Shown here piece after piece: positions 28,598 to 38,134 of a DNA stretch of 64,000 bases. This DNA is from a virus. Its lineage: Duplodnaviria; Heunggongvirae; Uroviricota; Caudoviricetes. The stretch lies in the IMG/VR virus record IMGVR_UViG_3300022661_000054, one strand, 5' to 3'. A program made the position numbers and the translations under genes. Position 1 is the stretch's first letter. The number at the start of each line of letters is the position of its first letter. Under the pieces are notes generated by a model that worked only from the letters and a program-made list of their open reading frames with translations, did not search any database and had not been told where the DNA came from.

Positions 28598-28999
28598 TTA
28601 AAGTACCTCTTCTACCAGTCTATAGCAAGGTTCCTCTGCACTACCATATTGCTCAATATAATATTTTTTACCGGTATGCTCTTCTACCAATGTTTTTAAA
28701 ATATGAATATCAACAGCAAAGTAAGCACAACTATCAATAATCACATCAACAAGCTGCATACCAAACTGTCCATTAATACAGCTAGGTCTACTTGACCAAG
28801 TATAGCCAGCCTTATGGTAGAGTCCATCAGTGAGCTGGGTTGCTCCAAAGCAGTAAACACCTTCAACATCTGTATCTTCACAAAACAGCTCCATAGTATT
28901 ATTTTCAACTGATGCAGAATAAATTTTATCTTTTGCCTGAATCTTCTTATCACAAGTTAAATAATAGGTACCATTGATAATTTGTTTAATTTTTAACAT
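28598..28999 (-). CDS. Hypothetical protein
   Basis: 133-aa ORF with SD GAGG and an upstream promoter-like TGTATAAT. Confidence 0.65.
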   Translation of the reverse strand: MLKIKQIINGTYYLTCDKKIQAKDKIYSASVENNTMELFCEDTDVEGVYCFGATQLTDGLYHKAGYTWSSRPSCINGQFGMQLVDVIIDSCAYFAVDIHILKTLVEEHTGKKYYIEQYGSAEEPCYRLVEEVL

Positions 29000-29088
29000 T
29001 TTAAAATCCTCCTATAATAAAATTCCTACTTATATATTATACAGAAAAAAGCGTAAGATTTAAACAACCTTACGCAAATATTTAAAAA

Positions 29089-29370
29089 TTAATTATTATC
29101 TGTCCTATTAATGATATTGATACTTTCAGTTAAAAATTTAAGCATTTTAGCTTTATCATCAGTAAATACGCCCGTATAATAAACAGGCTTATCAGTAAAA
29201 GCTTTCCATGCTCGTTTAAATCTACCAAGTAATCCTGTATAATCTCCACCGATATATGAATCTTCTATAGTAATCTCATAGGAAGTATCAAGATTATCAT
29301 AATCAAATCTAGTAAATACTAACGCCTCGGCGTGATCATCGCATCTCATTAAGCTAGTCTCAGTCTGCAT
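29089..29370 (-). CDS. Hypothetical protein
   Basis: 93-aa ORF with SD GGAGG. Confidence 0.65.
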   Translation of the reverse strand: MQTETSLMRCDDHAEALVFTRFDYDNLDTSYEITIEDSYIGGDYTGLLGRFKRAWKAFTDKPVYYTGVFTDDKAKMLKFLTESINIINRTDNN

Positions 29371-29575
29371 TTATAACCTCCATCTCATCAATCTGTGTCA
29401 ATACTCTGTATAGCTGAGGAATGCCAGAGTCAGTTCCATAGTCATTCATTTGAATATTTCTAATATAATTTTGAATAATTCGAATTACATCAGATTTAAG
29501 CACATACCCATCTTTATTCCTTTTCTTTCTCATTTGCAAGCACCTTATCAAAATATTCTTTACACTTCTTAGCAA
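29360..29575 (-). CDS. Hypothetical protein (true start probably downstream of 29575)
   Basis: Fills the gap between coupled genes. Confidence 0.45.
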   Translation of the reverse strand: MLRSVKNILIRCLQMRKKRNKDGYVLKSDVIRIIQNYIRNIQMNDYGTDSGIPQLYRVLTQIDEMEVINAD

Positions 29576-30095
29576 ACTCTTCTTCGTCGTATTCCATAAA
29601 TTCTACAGAAGTCGAGCAATCAGAGGTTTTGTGCAAAAATACAAATTTACCATCATAAGCATAACTCATGTTTTCTATAGTTAGCTGCTCTCTATGAGGA
29701 ATTTGAACTGCATACTCTTCCTTATTTACTTTAAAGAATAGTTCATAATAATATCCTTCATAGCCGCCAGAGATAATATCATGAATTTTAATATTAATTC
29801 TATCATTATCTTTAAAGAAACATTCTTTTACAGTATTTTCAATATAAGAAAGATTTTCACGTTCTTTCTTTTTGGTCTTACCAATTTCAGGTCTAGCAGC
29901 TTTGATCATTGGAATACGATAATCCCAAACAGTTTTAGCGTTTCTAACTGTTCTTACATAGTCACAATGAATAAGATGTTCAATGTATTTAGCATCTTCT
30001 AAATCATGCTTTGCCTTTACCCATCTGTCTCGTGTAGCAATAATTCTTAATGCAGGATTTTTGTCAAAATCACAGTCAATTCCCCATTTACCCAT
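29514..30095 (-). CDS. Hypothetical protein
   Basis: 193-aa ORF with SD GAGG. Confidence 0.7.
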   Translation of the reverse strand: MGKWGIDCDFDKNPALRIIATRDRWVKAKHDLEDAKYIEHLIHCDYVRTVRNAKTVWDYRIPMIKAARPEIGKTKKKERENLSYIENTVKECFFKDNDRINIKIHDIISGGYEGYYYELFFKVNKEEYAVQIPHREQLTIENMSYAYDGKFVFLHKTSDCSTSVEFMEYDEEEFAKKCKEYFDKVLANEKEKE

Positions 30096-30115
30096 AATTT
30101 GTTACCTCTCTTAGA

Positions 30116-30511
30116 TTAATAAATAGCTTTCTTATCGTCAGTAATAAACTTATTCACTGTTTCAATCAGCTTTTCAGCATTTAGATTCTTAGGCTCATTA
30201 CCTAAATCATTAAGAACTTCTTCTGCCATAAAAGGATTTAGATAAATCTCAGGACCTTTACAGACTTTTGAATGCTTTACTTCTGTACCAGACACTGAGG
30301 TGGAAGCGACATAAAAAATAAATTTATCTAATTCAGATATTTTAGTAATTTCTTTTAAATCTGCCCAATAAGTTTTACCATCTCCGAGTTTATAGATTAC
30401 TTCTTCAGTATCAGTACCATAAGCAGCGACTAATTCATACTCTCTCGGTATAAAGTTTTTAGTTTTAAAATTGTCAACGGTATCTCGTTTAATTAGTACT
30501 TTTACAGACAT
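30116..30511 (-). CDS. Protein with N-terminal Mtd-N/hyaluronidase-N-like domain
   Basis: VLIKRDT...EYELV...YKLGDGKTYWADL. Confidence 0.5.
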   Translation of the reverse strand: MSVKVLIKRDTVDNFKTKNFIPREYELVAAYGTDTEEVIYKLGDGKTYWADLKEITKISELDKFIFYVASTSVSGTEVKHSKVCKGPEIYLNPFMAEEVLNDLGNEPKNLNAEKLIETVNKFITDDKKAIY

Positions 30512-30912
30512 TATTCGTACCCGTATTTATCCTTTCTACCGCCAATAAATTGGTTAACATCAAAATTACTTTTAATATTATTAGTGCCAGTAGTACAAGT
30601 AACTTCCCAATTTCGTTGGGTACAGTTAGGACAAAAAGACTCATAAGGACTCATCACTGCCCCACACTTAGGACAAATCCAGCCATACAGACCACCGATG
30701 CCTTGCAAGTCGCTGTCAGTAGAAACTTTCGCAGTTTTATTATAATTATTTAAAAATTGTTTTAGCTCTGAATTAGGAATAAGAGTAGATAGTTTTTCAA
30801 TATAACCACAATCGTCACATTTAAAACTTCCATCAGGCATTTTTATCAGAGGCTTTTTACAAATAGGACAAGTTTTGTTTTCACTTACTGTGCTTGAATT
30901 ACTAGCTAACAT
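30511..30912 (-). CDS. Double zinc-ribbon protein
   Basis: CPIC...CDDC and WICPKC...CPNC. Confidence 0.7.
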   Translation of the reverse strand: MLASNSSTVSENKTCPICKKPLIKMPDGSFKCDDCGYIEKLSTLIPNSELKQFLNNYNKTAKVSTDSDLQGIGGLYGWICPKCGAVMSPYESFCPNCTQRNWEVTCTTGTNNIKSNFDVNQFIGGRKDKYGYE

Positions 30913-31119
30913 TTAAAATTCTCCTCTACCATTTTCTTCTTCTGGATGCTCTTTAGCCCATCTCTTTATATTAATATATTCTTCATGTTCATAGAGTAGC
31001 CAACCAAGCCAACGAGGAACTGGAATACCTCTATAACGAGGTTTAAAATGTCTACATTTATGACATTCAATACTCATACAATGACCATAACCACATGGAT
31101 TACTCATAAAATGTTTCAT
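30913..31119 (-). CDS. Small Cys/His-rich hypothetical protein
   Basis: CGYGHCMSIECHKCRHF. Confidence 0.55.
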   Translation of the reverse strand: MKHFMSNPCGYGHCMSIECHKCRHFKPRYRGIPVPRWLGWLLYEHEEYINIKRWAKEHPEEENGRGEF

Positions 31120-31291
31120 TTTTAGTCTCCTTAAGGCACTCTTCACATCTATATAGCTCAGGATGTGCTAGCATGTGATATAATCTTACTTTATATTTAA
31201 GACACTTATGTAGTGCGGGTTCATCTAACATATTTTGTTTTTCCTCAGTTAGATTAAGATATTTGCAGTCTCTTGGACAAAATTCACTCAT
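31100..31291 (-). CDS. Small Cys-rich hypothetical protein
   Basis: CPRDCKYL...HKC...CEEC. Confidence 0.55.
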   Translation of the reverse strand: MSEFCPRDCKYLNLTEEKQNMLDEPALHKCLKYKVRLYHMLAHPELYRCEECLKETKNETFYE

Positions 31292-31550
31292 CTTCATCAC
31301 CAAAATCAAAATCTTCAGGAAAAGCTTTCTCTAGTTCTTCCAAAGTATTAAAGACCGTTTTACCAATGTCTTCTCTAGTAAAATAGCCGTCGTCCCAAAC
31401 TTCTGTAATATCTACACCAACATCCAGATTATACCAATTATATGTAATGTCATCTTTCTCAAGAATAACACTTTCAATAATACATTCTCTATATTGGCCT
31501 TTTACCCAGCAAGTATCACCAGGCATATATTTTACTTCTACAGTTTTCAT
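31284..31550 (-). CDS. Hypothetical protein
   Basis: 88-aa ORF ending with the IGKTVF.T.EE motif typical of small phage proteins. Confidence 0.65.
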   Translation of the reverse strand: MKTVEVKYMPGDTCWVKGQYRECIIESVILEKDDITYNWYNLDVGVDITEVWDDGYFTREDIGKTVFNTLEELEKAFPEDFDFGDEDE

Positions 31551-31825
31551 CCAAACAGACCTCCAAATAGGTTATTAAATGGTACAGGGTTTCTTGAAGT
31601 GTGGTCTTTTTCGTCCCACTCATACGCCGGACAGTACTCAAAAAGTTTGCCTTCTGGAATTTCCTTGCCAAGCTTACAATTAAACTTAGTTATCTTATTT
31701 TCAGCATGTTTACAGGTATGACAAGATCGTTTTGTATAATTGTTAATGCACTCTGCCTCGTGTTTTGTAAGTTCTTCTTCCGTGCCAATTTTATCACAAT
31801 ATTCACATCTAAACAACGGTTTCAT
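31547..31825 (-). CDS. Cys-rich zinc-binding hypothetical protein
   Basis: CEYC..HEAEC..CHTCKH..C. Confidence 0.65.
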   Translation of the reverse strand: MKPLFRCEYCDKIGTEEELTKHEAECINNYTKRSCHTCKHAENKITKFNCKLGKEIPEGKLFEYCPAYEWDEKDHTSRNPVPFNNLFGGLFG

Positions 31826-32028
31826 CTGCTGGTCCCTCCATCATGATACTCAATTATATGCTCGTTATACTTTGTAGCAACATCACCTGACCAGGCTTGA
31901 ATATTTTTCAATTCTTCCTTAAGAGCTACAATCTGTTTATCTCTTCTATTAAGTCCTATACAAGCTAATAGAGTTGAAATAAAAACACTCACAGTAATAA
32001 TCATTAAAGCAAAACCAAGTTGCTCCAT
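31822..32028 (-). CDS. Small membrane protein
   Basis: N-terminal hydrophobic helix. Confidence 0.6.
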   Translation of the reverse strand: MEQLGFALMIITVSVFISTLLACIGLNRRDKQIVALKEELKNIQAWSGDVATKYNEHIIEYHDGGTSR

Positions 32029-32076
32029 AAAAATTCTCCTTATCCATAATATCTGCTGGTAACAGTTCCATACTAA

Positions 32077-32346
32077 CTACTCACCTACAACAACATAAAG
32101 AAATTTTTTACCCCATTTAATATTAATGCAATCAGGTTTATCAAGGGTAATACAGAGTTCTGGTTTATTTCTACGCACTTCACCGGTAGAGTTTACAATA
32201 CCGGCTTCTTTCATAACAGCAGGAAGAAAACGAGTATCGGTGAAGAGTGTATAATCTTTTTCATTTTCTTCCCAGTCTTTATTATCTAAAGCTAACAGAC
32301 TGCTAACTTCAACTAAAGGCTTTCCAATAACAACATTTCTAAACAC
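32077..32346 (-). CDS. Small protein with S4-like RNA-binding motif
   Basis: VMKEAGIVNSTGEVRR...IKWGKK resembles the TyrRS C-terminal S4 domain. Confidence 0.5.
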   Translation of the reverse strand: MFRNVVIGKPLVEVSSLLALDNKDWEENEKDYTLFTDTRFLPAVMKEAGIVNSTGEVRRNKPELCITLDKPDCINIKWGKKFLYVVVGE

Positions 32347-32431
32347 TTTATATACCTCTTTAATAATTTTATACTATATATTACAATAAAAACGTGCTAA
32401 ATTATTAATTTTAGCACGTTTAATACTTTAT

Positions 32432-32680
32432 TTATCCGATATAAATGTTTGCAGGTTTATGTAGTCCATATTCTTTTTGGCATTTAATACAGACTCCTCC
32501 ATCTACTGAGTACTCGCCACAACTAGGACAAATATCCATCATAGAATATAACACAGGTTTAATATTTTCTAGTTGTGTAACTTTATTGACCTTAGATTTA
32601 CCTTTAAAAATAGTTTCATATCTATACATCAGCTTCTCCGCAAAAATTCTGTAAGTATCTATTCCACTCATCTTTAACAC
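32432..32680 (-). CDS. Small zinc-ribbon protein (start uncertain)
   Basis: CPSC...CIKC. Confidence 0.45.
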   Translation of the reverse strand: MLKMSGIDTYRIFAEKLMYRYETIFKGKSKVNKVTQLENIKPVLYSMMDICPSCGEYSVDGGVCIKCQKEYGLHKPANIYIG

Positions 32681-33197
32681 TTACAATACTTTTATAACTT
32701 TTACCGTCTCTAAATCCTACTACTTCATAAGAGTCTTTAAATTCAAGGTCATCACAGATATCGCGCTCAAATCCATTATTTCTAAAGCATGTTTCGCACA
32801 ATGAAGCAATATAACCTCGTGTTTCATAGTGCGCTGGCATACCACAATTTACGCAAACAAATCTTGCTATGTATCCGTATTTTTGAAGAATTACTTCAAC
32901 AGCAGGCGAACCTTCACCATTACTATAACAAACTAACTCATTATATTTTTCTTTTACTTGAATAAAATAGAAATCATTAAGTTTTCCTTTTTCTTCAAGA
33001 ATAGTCTTAATATCATCACACATTTGAAAAAATAACTTATACCAACCGTTAGGAATTTCCAGCCCAATCATTGGAAACTTCGATTCTGTGTCAATAGTAC
33101 CATCAATATTTCTAGCTCTTAAAAAAGGGTATTCAGTTATAGCTTGGTTTTCTTCTTCTATTTTATCTCGTTCCCAATCTTTATATTCGTTCGACAT
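32622..33197 (-). CDS. Hypothetical protein
   Basis: QVKEKYNELV...CVNCG...LCETC, pattern of a conserved phage family. Confidence 0.65.
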   Translation of the reverse strand: MSNEYKDWERDKIEEENQAITEYPFLRARNIDGTIDTESKFPMIGLEIPNGWYKLFFQMCDDIKTILEEKGKLNDFYFIQVKEKYNELVCYSNGEGSPAVEVILQKYGYIARFVCVNCGMPAHYETRGYIASLCETCFRNNGFERDICDDLEFKDSYEVVGFRDGKSYKSIVSVKDEWNRYLQNFCGEADV

Positions 33198-33212
33198 ATG
33201 TCACCTCTAAAA

Positions 33213-33692
33213 CTACTTATCTTTATAAAAAGACTTTACTGCATCCTGTTTTTCGTGCCAGTTATTCCAGTATTCTTTGTTAAGCTGCTTAGCTGTTTTA
33301 TAAGCGACATTAATCAATGCTTCAATTTCAATTTCATTTCTACCACTGCTAAACTCTGCTAGATAAACTTTACTAAAAAGCCTTTCGAGCTTATGGACCT
33401 TGCAAACAAGTTCGTCATTAATGTAAACATCTCTACATGTGTACACAGGGATAGTATCATACGTAAGTCCAGGAGGTACTTCAGCATTCGCTACTCGGAT
33501 ACAGAATTTTTTGCCTTTACTATTAAATTCGATAGTCTTGTCAGTAGAGCGACTGGCAAAAACAATGGTCGAAATCTTTTTGTTAAGGCGCTTGCCGTAT
33601 TTATGACCGGAGCTTTCACTATATGATACAGCATTTGAGATAATAAAAGCAAAAACTACAATATTACAAATTAAATAAATTGCTAAACTCAT
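33213..33692 (-). CDS. Membrane-anchored hypothetical protein
   Basis: N-terminal hydrophobic helix. Confidence 0.65.
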   Translation of the reverse strand: MSLAIYLICNIVVFAFIISNAVSYSESSGHKYGKRLNKKISTIVFASRSTDKTIEFNSKGKKFCIRVANAEVPPGLTYDTIPVYTCRDVYINDELVCKVHKLERLFSKVYLAEFSSGRNEIEIEALINVAYKTAKQLNKEYWNNWHEKQDAVKSFYKDK

Positions 33693-34045
33693 TCACGATC
33701 CTCCTGTATTTTTGTAAAAGCAGTTCCACGTTCAGCAATAACATACTCGTCAAGTTTTCGTCCGCACTCCGGGCAAAATTTTGGGTAGTATACTCCAACT
33801 GTGTGCCAACGACCGTAGTACCATTCACAAACTTCAATATTAATTGCTTTACCGCCTCCAGAATTAAGATATATCTGATGAGGATAGCCATTCGGTAAAC
33901 CACAAGTAGTGCCGATGGTAGAAGAGCTAAAATCATTACTATTATCTAAACTAGATTCATAGTAGTCTTCTTCAATATGAGGTTCTTTTGCCCATACATG
34001 TGCATTAAAACAAAAATGACAACTCATTTCTTTGCCCTCAGACAT
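33689..34045 (-). CDS. Zinc-binding hypothetical protein
   Basis: CHFC ... FCPECGRKL. Confidence 0.65.
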   Translation of the reverse strand: MSEGKEMSCHFCFNAHVWAKEPHIEEDYYESSLDNSNDFSSSTIGTTCGLPNGYPHQIYLNSGGGKAINIEVCEWYYGRWHTVGVYYPKFCPECGRKLDEYVIAERGTAFTKIQEDRE

Positions 34046-34419
34046 AAATCATTCTTTTTCATATATTCAAATAAGTCGATAACAGCAGACATTCTTCCAA
34101 TTGCCCAGCTTAGTTTACGAATATCACAAGTAAGTGCGCCATATGCTGCATGACTTGTTTTAAAATCATTTTTACCGGCACTGTTACATCTAACAATAGC
34201 TTCAAATTCAAAATTAGAGGTACACGTTGCTTCAGTATTATGAAGTAACTGCCAAATAGAGTCGTTATCTCTATAATGGTCCTTTAGCTCTCTGATTAAC
34301 TTAAGTTTAGTTAAAAAGGTTTCAGACAAATCATAAGCTCTGCTTGCTACGTCGGAATAAATATTATAAATGTGCTTACGATGCTTAAGTTTAAAAAATT
34401 CTCTTTTAGTCATATCCAT
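34024..34419 (-). CDS. Hypothetical protein
   Basis: 131-aa coupled ORF. Confidence 0.6.
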   Translation of the reverse strand: MDMTKREFFKLKHRKHIYNIYSDVASRAYDLSETFLTKLKLIRELKDHYRDNDSIWQLLHNTEATCTSNFEFEAIVRCNSAGKNDFKTSHAAYGALTCDIRKLSWAIGRMSAVIDLFEYMKKNDLCLRAKK

Positions 34420-34727
34420 TACAGAATACCTCCTTGCTGTTCAAGTACTAAATCGGAATAAAAAGATCTTTCTGAATCAATATCTTCAGTGCTAGATACA
34501 TGGTCAAAAAGATTCTCATATTGTTTCTTTGTCATAGTAACGACAGTAGGCTTATGCTCAACGTCTAAAAGGCCTTGTTCAATCCAGCTTCTAACCTCAA
34601 CTTCGCTTACAACTGTCTCATTAAACAATGCTACTTTCTCTTGTTCGTAGCCATTCATATAAGATGCAGTCCACTCAATTTTCATTAAATGCTCAGGAAA
34701 ACATTTTTTCATATAATAAACCTCCAT
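34419..34727 (-). CDS. Hypothetical protein
   Basis: 102-aa coupled ORF. Confidence 0.55.
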   Translation of the reverse strand: MEVYYMKKCFPEHLMKIEWTASYMNGYEQEKVALFNETVVSEVEVRSWIEQGLLDVEHKPTVVTMTKKQYENLFDHVSSTEDIDSERSFYSDLVLEQQGGIL

Positions 34728-35158
34728 TATATGTAAGTTTCTTCTATGTAACTATTATTTCCAGTATAGTAAACGTGTCTAATTCCTAAATCACGAAGGG
34801 CCCTCTCGCAAGCGGCACAGGGTTTAGACAAACGAGGATGATCTTTACCTCGCCAAACAAAAAGTTTTACTTTATTAAAGTTAATATCGAGGTATTTAAT
34901 TTTATTAATGACCATCATTTCAGCATGAATAGTTGACTGAAAAGAATACCCATCAAAACCTCGTTCAAGGCTATTATATCTAGCCTGACCAGGGTGAGTT
35001 TTATGACTGTTCCAACCAAGAGCTAGCAACTTTCCACAATAAATTGCAACTGCTCCTAGCGCCTGCTTATAATCACTATTATAAGAAGCTTGCTTGGCAA
35101 GCTCATACGCACGCTCTTTAGTCATAAAACCTCCTAAATATTTACGGTTGGTAGTCAC
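34727..35158 (-). CDS. Cytidine/CMP-type zinc deaminase family protein (second deaminase)
   Basis: LGAVAI...LGWNSHKTHP...IHAEM...SKPCAAC. Confidence 0.75.
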   Translation of the reverse strand: MTTNRKYLGGFMTKERAYELAKQASYNSDYKQALGAVAIYCGKLLALGWNSHKTHPGQARYNSLERGFDGYSFQSTIHAEMMVINKIKYLDINFNKVKLFVWRGKDHPRLSKPCAACERALRDLGIRHVYYTGNNSYIEETYI

Positions 35159-35312
35159 GCAAGCTTTCTCTTAAATCTTCTCTAAATCTTTCCACGTCAT
35201 GGTCATATCTATAGTCGTCTTCATCGTCACGACGATTTAAAATGCTATTTACCTGCTGATTGATAATATAATTTTCATAATCACTATTATCTACATAATT
35301 AATATACAACAT
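35142..35312 (-). CDS. Small acidic hypothetical protein
   Basis: MLYINYVDNS... with SD GGAG; the longer track ORF overlaps the upstream gene. Confidence 0.5.
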   Translation of the reverse strand: MLYINYVDNSDYENYIINQQVNSILNRRDDEDDYRYDHDVERFREDLRESLRDYQP

Positions 35313-35325
35313 AAATAGTCTCCTT

Positions 35326-35664
35326 TTACCAAATATACTCAATTTTAAGCCATTTATCTTCATTCTCAATAGGACAAAACAGTACTCCGGAACCGCTATC
35401 AGGATTAAACAAACTGTCATCTTGCTTCTCTAAGACGTAGCTACCATTCTCTTGTTTATCGCCTGCTGGCTCATTAACGATACTAAAAGAAACAACTTCG
35501 ATATATTCGAGGTTACAATAGCTGTCCTCTGATTTGACGGCTTCTTTAAGACTCCAAATCATCTCATCTCTTTCTCTGTCTATACTTGCCATTTGCTTCG
35601 AAAGAGCATCAATTGCTTTTACAGTATTAATGACATTTTTAGTGAGCATTTTTATCACCTTCAT
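35326..35664 (-). CDS. Hypothetical protein
   Basis: 112-aa coupled ORF. Confidence 0.6.
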   Translation of the reverse strand: MKVIKMLTKNVINTVKAIDALSKQMASIDRERDEMIWSLKEAVKSEDSYCNLEYIEVVSFSIVNEPAGDKQENGSYVLEKQDDSLFNPDSGSGVLFCPIENEDKWLKIEYIW

Positions 35665-36583
35665 GTAATATTTTTAAAGCGTCGTAAAATTTAATTTCTT
35701 TTAAATATGAAGCAGAAGTGAATTCAGCTTCATATTTATCTATAGTCTTCTGCTTCCAGTCTTTAAAGAAATGCAAAGTCATGTGATAACGAATAAGAGC
35801 AGCTACGGTAAGACTGTCTACGTCTTCTTCTTTTCCGTAGAAAAGAGAGATATAAGCACCGACATTTTCGTGGTTGTAATAATGAGCAAACTCAGAATCA
35901 TTTCCTTTAGAATCTTTGAATGCTTTACAAAAAGGCTTACCACAATCATGAAGCGCGGCAGCAATCTTAGTTTCAAGCTCAATAGCAGGCCCTAAATCTT
36001 TTTCTCTTGACTGTACATACTGAAGAGTTTTTAAACAGTGGTCACCGAGAGTTTCAGCATGCCATTTACTTTCCTGATTAAAATCGAAATGGTCAGTAAC
36101 AAAATGGCTCCAATCGCCATATTTGCTCATAGCTTCTGCATTTGCATAAGCAATTTCAATCATATTCCAACCTTCATTGTACCATGGGATATCAAAGCTC
36201 TTATACATACGTTCAAGTACATGGTAAGGCACCACACGAGATCGCTCCTGATTTCTTTGAACGCATAATTCAAAAGGAGTAGCCATAATAATACATCGCT
36301 TAAAACAATCTATATTAGTTAATTCTTGTAAAAATGCCTTACGACGCTTCCAACTGATATTAGTTGCATCATATACTACGTTCTTTCCGTCAGAAAGGTC
36401 TTCTTTTACGCGCTTGTGCAGGAGTTCAAACACCTGCTTATTAATATTTTGGTTATTTACATCGCCAGACAGTTCTTCTCTAATAGCATCGCTACTATGT
36501 ACGCTATAATTAGGATAATTACGTTCAATAAAAGTACTTTTACCACTTCCAGGTAAACCTACCATCATTACAAAAACAGACAT
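35639..36583 (-). CDS. Polynucleotide kinase (AAA_33 P-loop) fused to HD phosphohydrolase; RNA end-healing enzyme
   Basis: GLPGSGKST, SSDAIR, VVYDATN, RNQER; C-terminal H..TLGDH...ALHDCGKP...HENVGA...LHEGD. Confidence 0.85.
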   Translation of the reverse strand: MSVFVMMVGLPGSGKSTFIERNYPNYSVHSSDAIREELSGDVNNQNINKQVFELLHKRVKEDLSDGKNVVYDATNISWKRRKAFLQELTNIDCFKRCIIMATPFELCVQRNQERSRVVPYHVLERMYKSFDIPWYNEGWNMIEIAYANAEAMSKYGDWSHFVTDHFDFNQESKWHAETLGDHCLKTLQYVQSREKDLGPAIELETKIAAALHDCGKPFCKAFKDSKGNDSEFAHYYNHENVGAYISLFYGKEEDVDSLTVAALIRYHMTLHFFKDWKQKTIDKYEAEFTSASYLKEIKFYDALKILHEGDKNAH

Positions 36584-36593
36584 ATGTACCTCC

Positions 36594-36860
36594 TTAATTA
36601 TATTTTTCAGCTCGTTTCTTTCTTACTTCTTCATTAAATTGCTGTACAGTTTTATTATTAAAAGTTAACGTTGGGATAATCACTTTTTGCTGATATGTTT
36701 TATTAAACCAGCCAAAGTCCCAACCAAAATCAACTAAATCTTTATAAGGCTCGCGACCACTCCATAAGCAATCTAAACAATATGGAGCCATTTGATTTGT
36801 TAAAGTATTTTTATGTTCTTCAACATCACTACCAGCTCTACCACATACACAACAATTCAT
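36594..36860 (-). CDS. Small zinc-binding protein
   Basis: CCVC...CLDC. Confidence 0.6.
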   Translation of the reverse strand: MNCCVCGRAGSDVEEHKNTLTNQMAPYCLDCLWSGREPYKDLVDFGWDFGWFNKTYQQKVIIPTLTFNNKTVQQFNEEVRKKRAEKYN

Positions 36861-36861
36861 A

Positions 36862-37656
36862 TTAATTCTCCGTCCAGTATTTAGTTAGGATATCTACTAA
36901 AATACAGTCCATTCTGTTACAAGTATCTTCAGCTACCTTACGTTCATTAGTATCTATATAAGCCTGCTTTCTAGCTTTAGCATAGTCAACAGCTTCTTTT
37001 GCAATAGCTTTTGCTTGATCTAAATCATATCTATAATTAGCTTTTACACTAATTAAGTATTCACGGTCGTATGGAATTAGACAATCTTTGTATAATACAC
37101 CATCAATGTATCTGTCAAGAAATTCTCTACATCTAATAATATGGTGAAGCTGTTTATTATCATATCCATACTTATCAATCTTGTCTTTTAACGTAGGATA
37201 AGGATGACACAAAGCAGCGTTCTTCTCTAAGATCATACCGACGATACAATTTACAGCAGCATAATTATCAATGTGTGCGATATCCTCATTAATTCTAAGC
37301 ATCTCGAGCCAAAAATAAAAGTAGTCGCGCGGTACGTAAAAGAACTCAGTAAATAAAATCTCAAGGTAGTTTACGTTCTGCTTCTTAAAACATTGCCACA
37401 TAAGTCTAATATCTTTTAAATCAATGTGTGAATTGTCTTCTAATATAAGAGTAGTACTTGTAGGCTGCTTATTTAAAATAAGGTCTTCAGCGGAAGGCAG
37501 AACAATGCACTTTGTATCGATATCACTGCCTTCATAATCCAACTGATAATTCTGTGAGCCTTGCAAAAATATGCCAAAAACTTCATATCCTTGATTTTTC
37601 ACATAATTATAATCGTGCTTTAGTCTTTCACAAATCTTAAGTTCTCTTTCAGTCAT
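36862..37656 (-). CDS. Pol-beta-superfamily nucleotidyltransferase (RlaP/YcgL-like)
   Basis: LQGSQNYQLDYEGSDIDTK (GS...DxD), KQNVNYLEILF, KQLHHIIR. Confidence 0.75.
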   Translation of the reverse strand: MTERELKICERLKHDYNYVKNQGYEVFGIFLQGSQNYQLDYEGSDIDTKCIVLPSAEDLILNKQPTSTTLILEDNSHIDLKDIRLMWQCFKKQNVNYLEILFTEFFYVPRDYFYFWLEMLRINEDIAHIDNYAAVNCIVGMILEKNAALCHPYPTLKDKIDKYGYDNKQLHHIIRCREFLDRYIDGVLYKDCLIPYDREYLISVKANYRYDLDQAKAIAKEAVDYAKARKQAYIDTNERKVAEDTCNRMDCILVDILTKYWTEN

Positions 37657-37813
37657 TTAAAAACCTCCAAATATGCTTAGGACGGCGCTCATAAGAGCCC
37701 TTTCCCTTTTTGTTCTCAAGCTTGAAGCCACGTTTTTTGAAATACATGTAGAGTTCAAGTTCTTCAGGTGATTTTTTAAACATTCTTCTATCAATAGATG
37801 CTTCCTTTTTCAT
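37649..37813 (-). CDS. ArfA-like alternative ribosome-rescue factor (54 aa)
   Basis: Manually translated: MKKEASIDRRMFKKSPEELELYMYFKKRGFKLENKKGKGSYERRPKHIWRFLND; KKGKGSY.R..KH motif; SD GGAGGA; below the ORF-track cutoff. Confidence 0.65.
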   Translation of the reverse strand: MKKEASIDRRMFKKSPEELELYMYFKKRGFKLENKKGKGSYERRPKHIWRFLND

Positions 37814-37903
37814 AATAAAGTCCTCCAATTTTTATATCAATAATATATAATACAACAAAATAAAAAGAAAGTTGGCATAATTAACCAACTTTCTTTAAAA
37901 CCA

Positions 37904-38134
37904 TTATTCTTTTACTTCAACAAGCTCAAAAGTAACAAGCTCCAATGGGCCTTCGTATTTAGTTCTAAAATAACGCATAGAACCATTACCAGATAATTTA
38001 TCATTATACTCATCAATTGCTTTCTGGCAATTTCCACGCTTTTCCCAAAACTTATGTCCAGGGTTGGTAATATCTCTTACGAGCTTACCTGTCGAAGCAT
38101 CACGCACTGCATATAAATAATTTTTATTATTCAT
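37904..38134 (-). CDS. Hypothetical protein
   Basis: MNNKNYLYAVRD..., coupled to the upstream gene. Confidence 0.6.
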   Translation of the reverse strand: MNNKNYLYAVRDASTGKLVRDITNPGHKFWEKRGNCQKAIDEYNDKLSGNGSMRYFRTKYEGPLELVTFELVEVKE

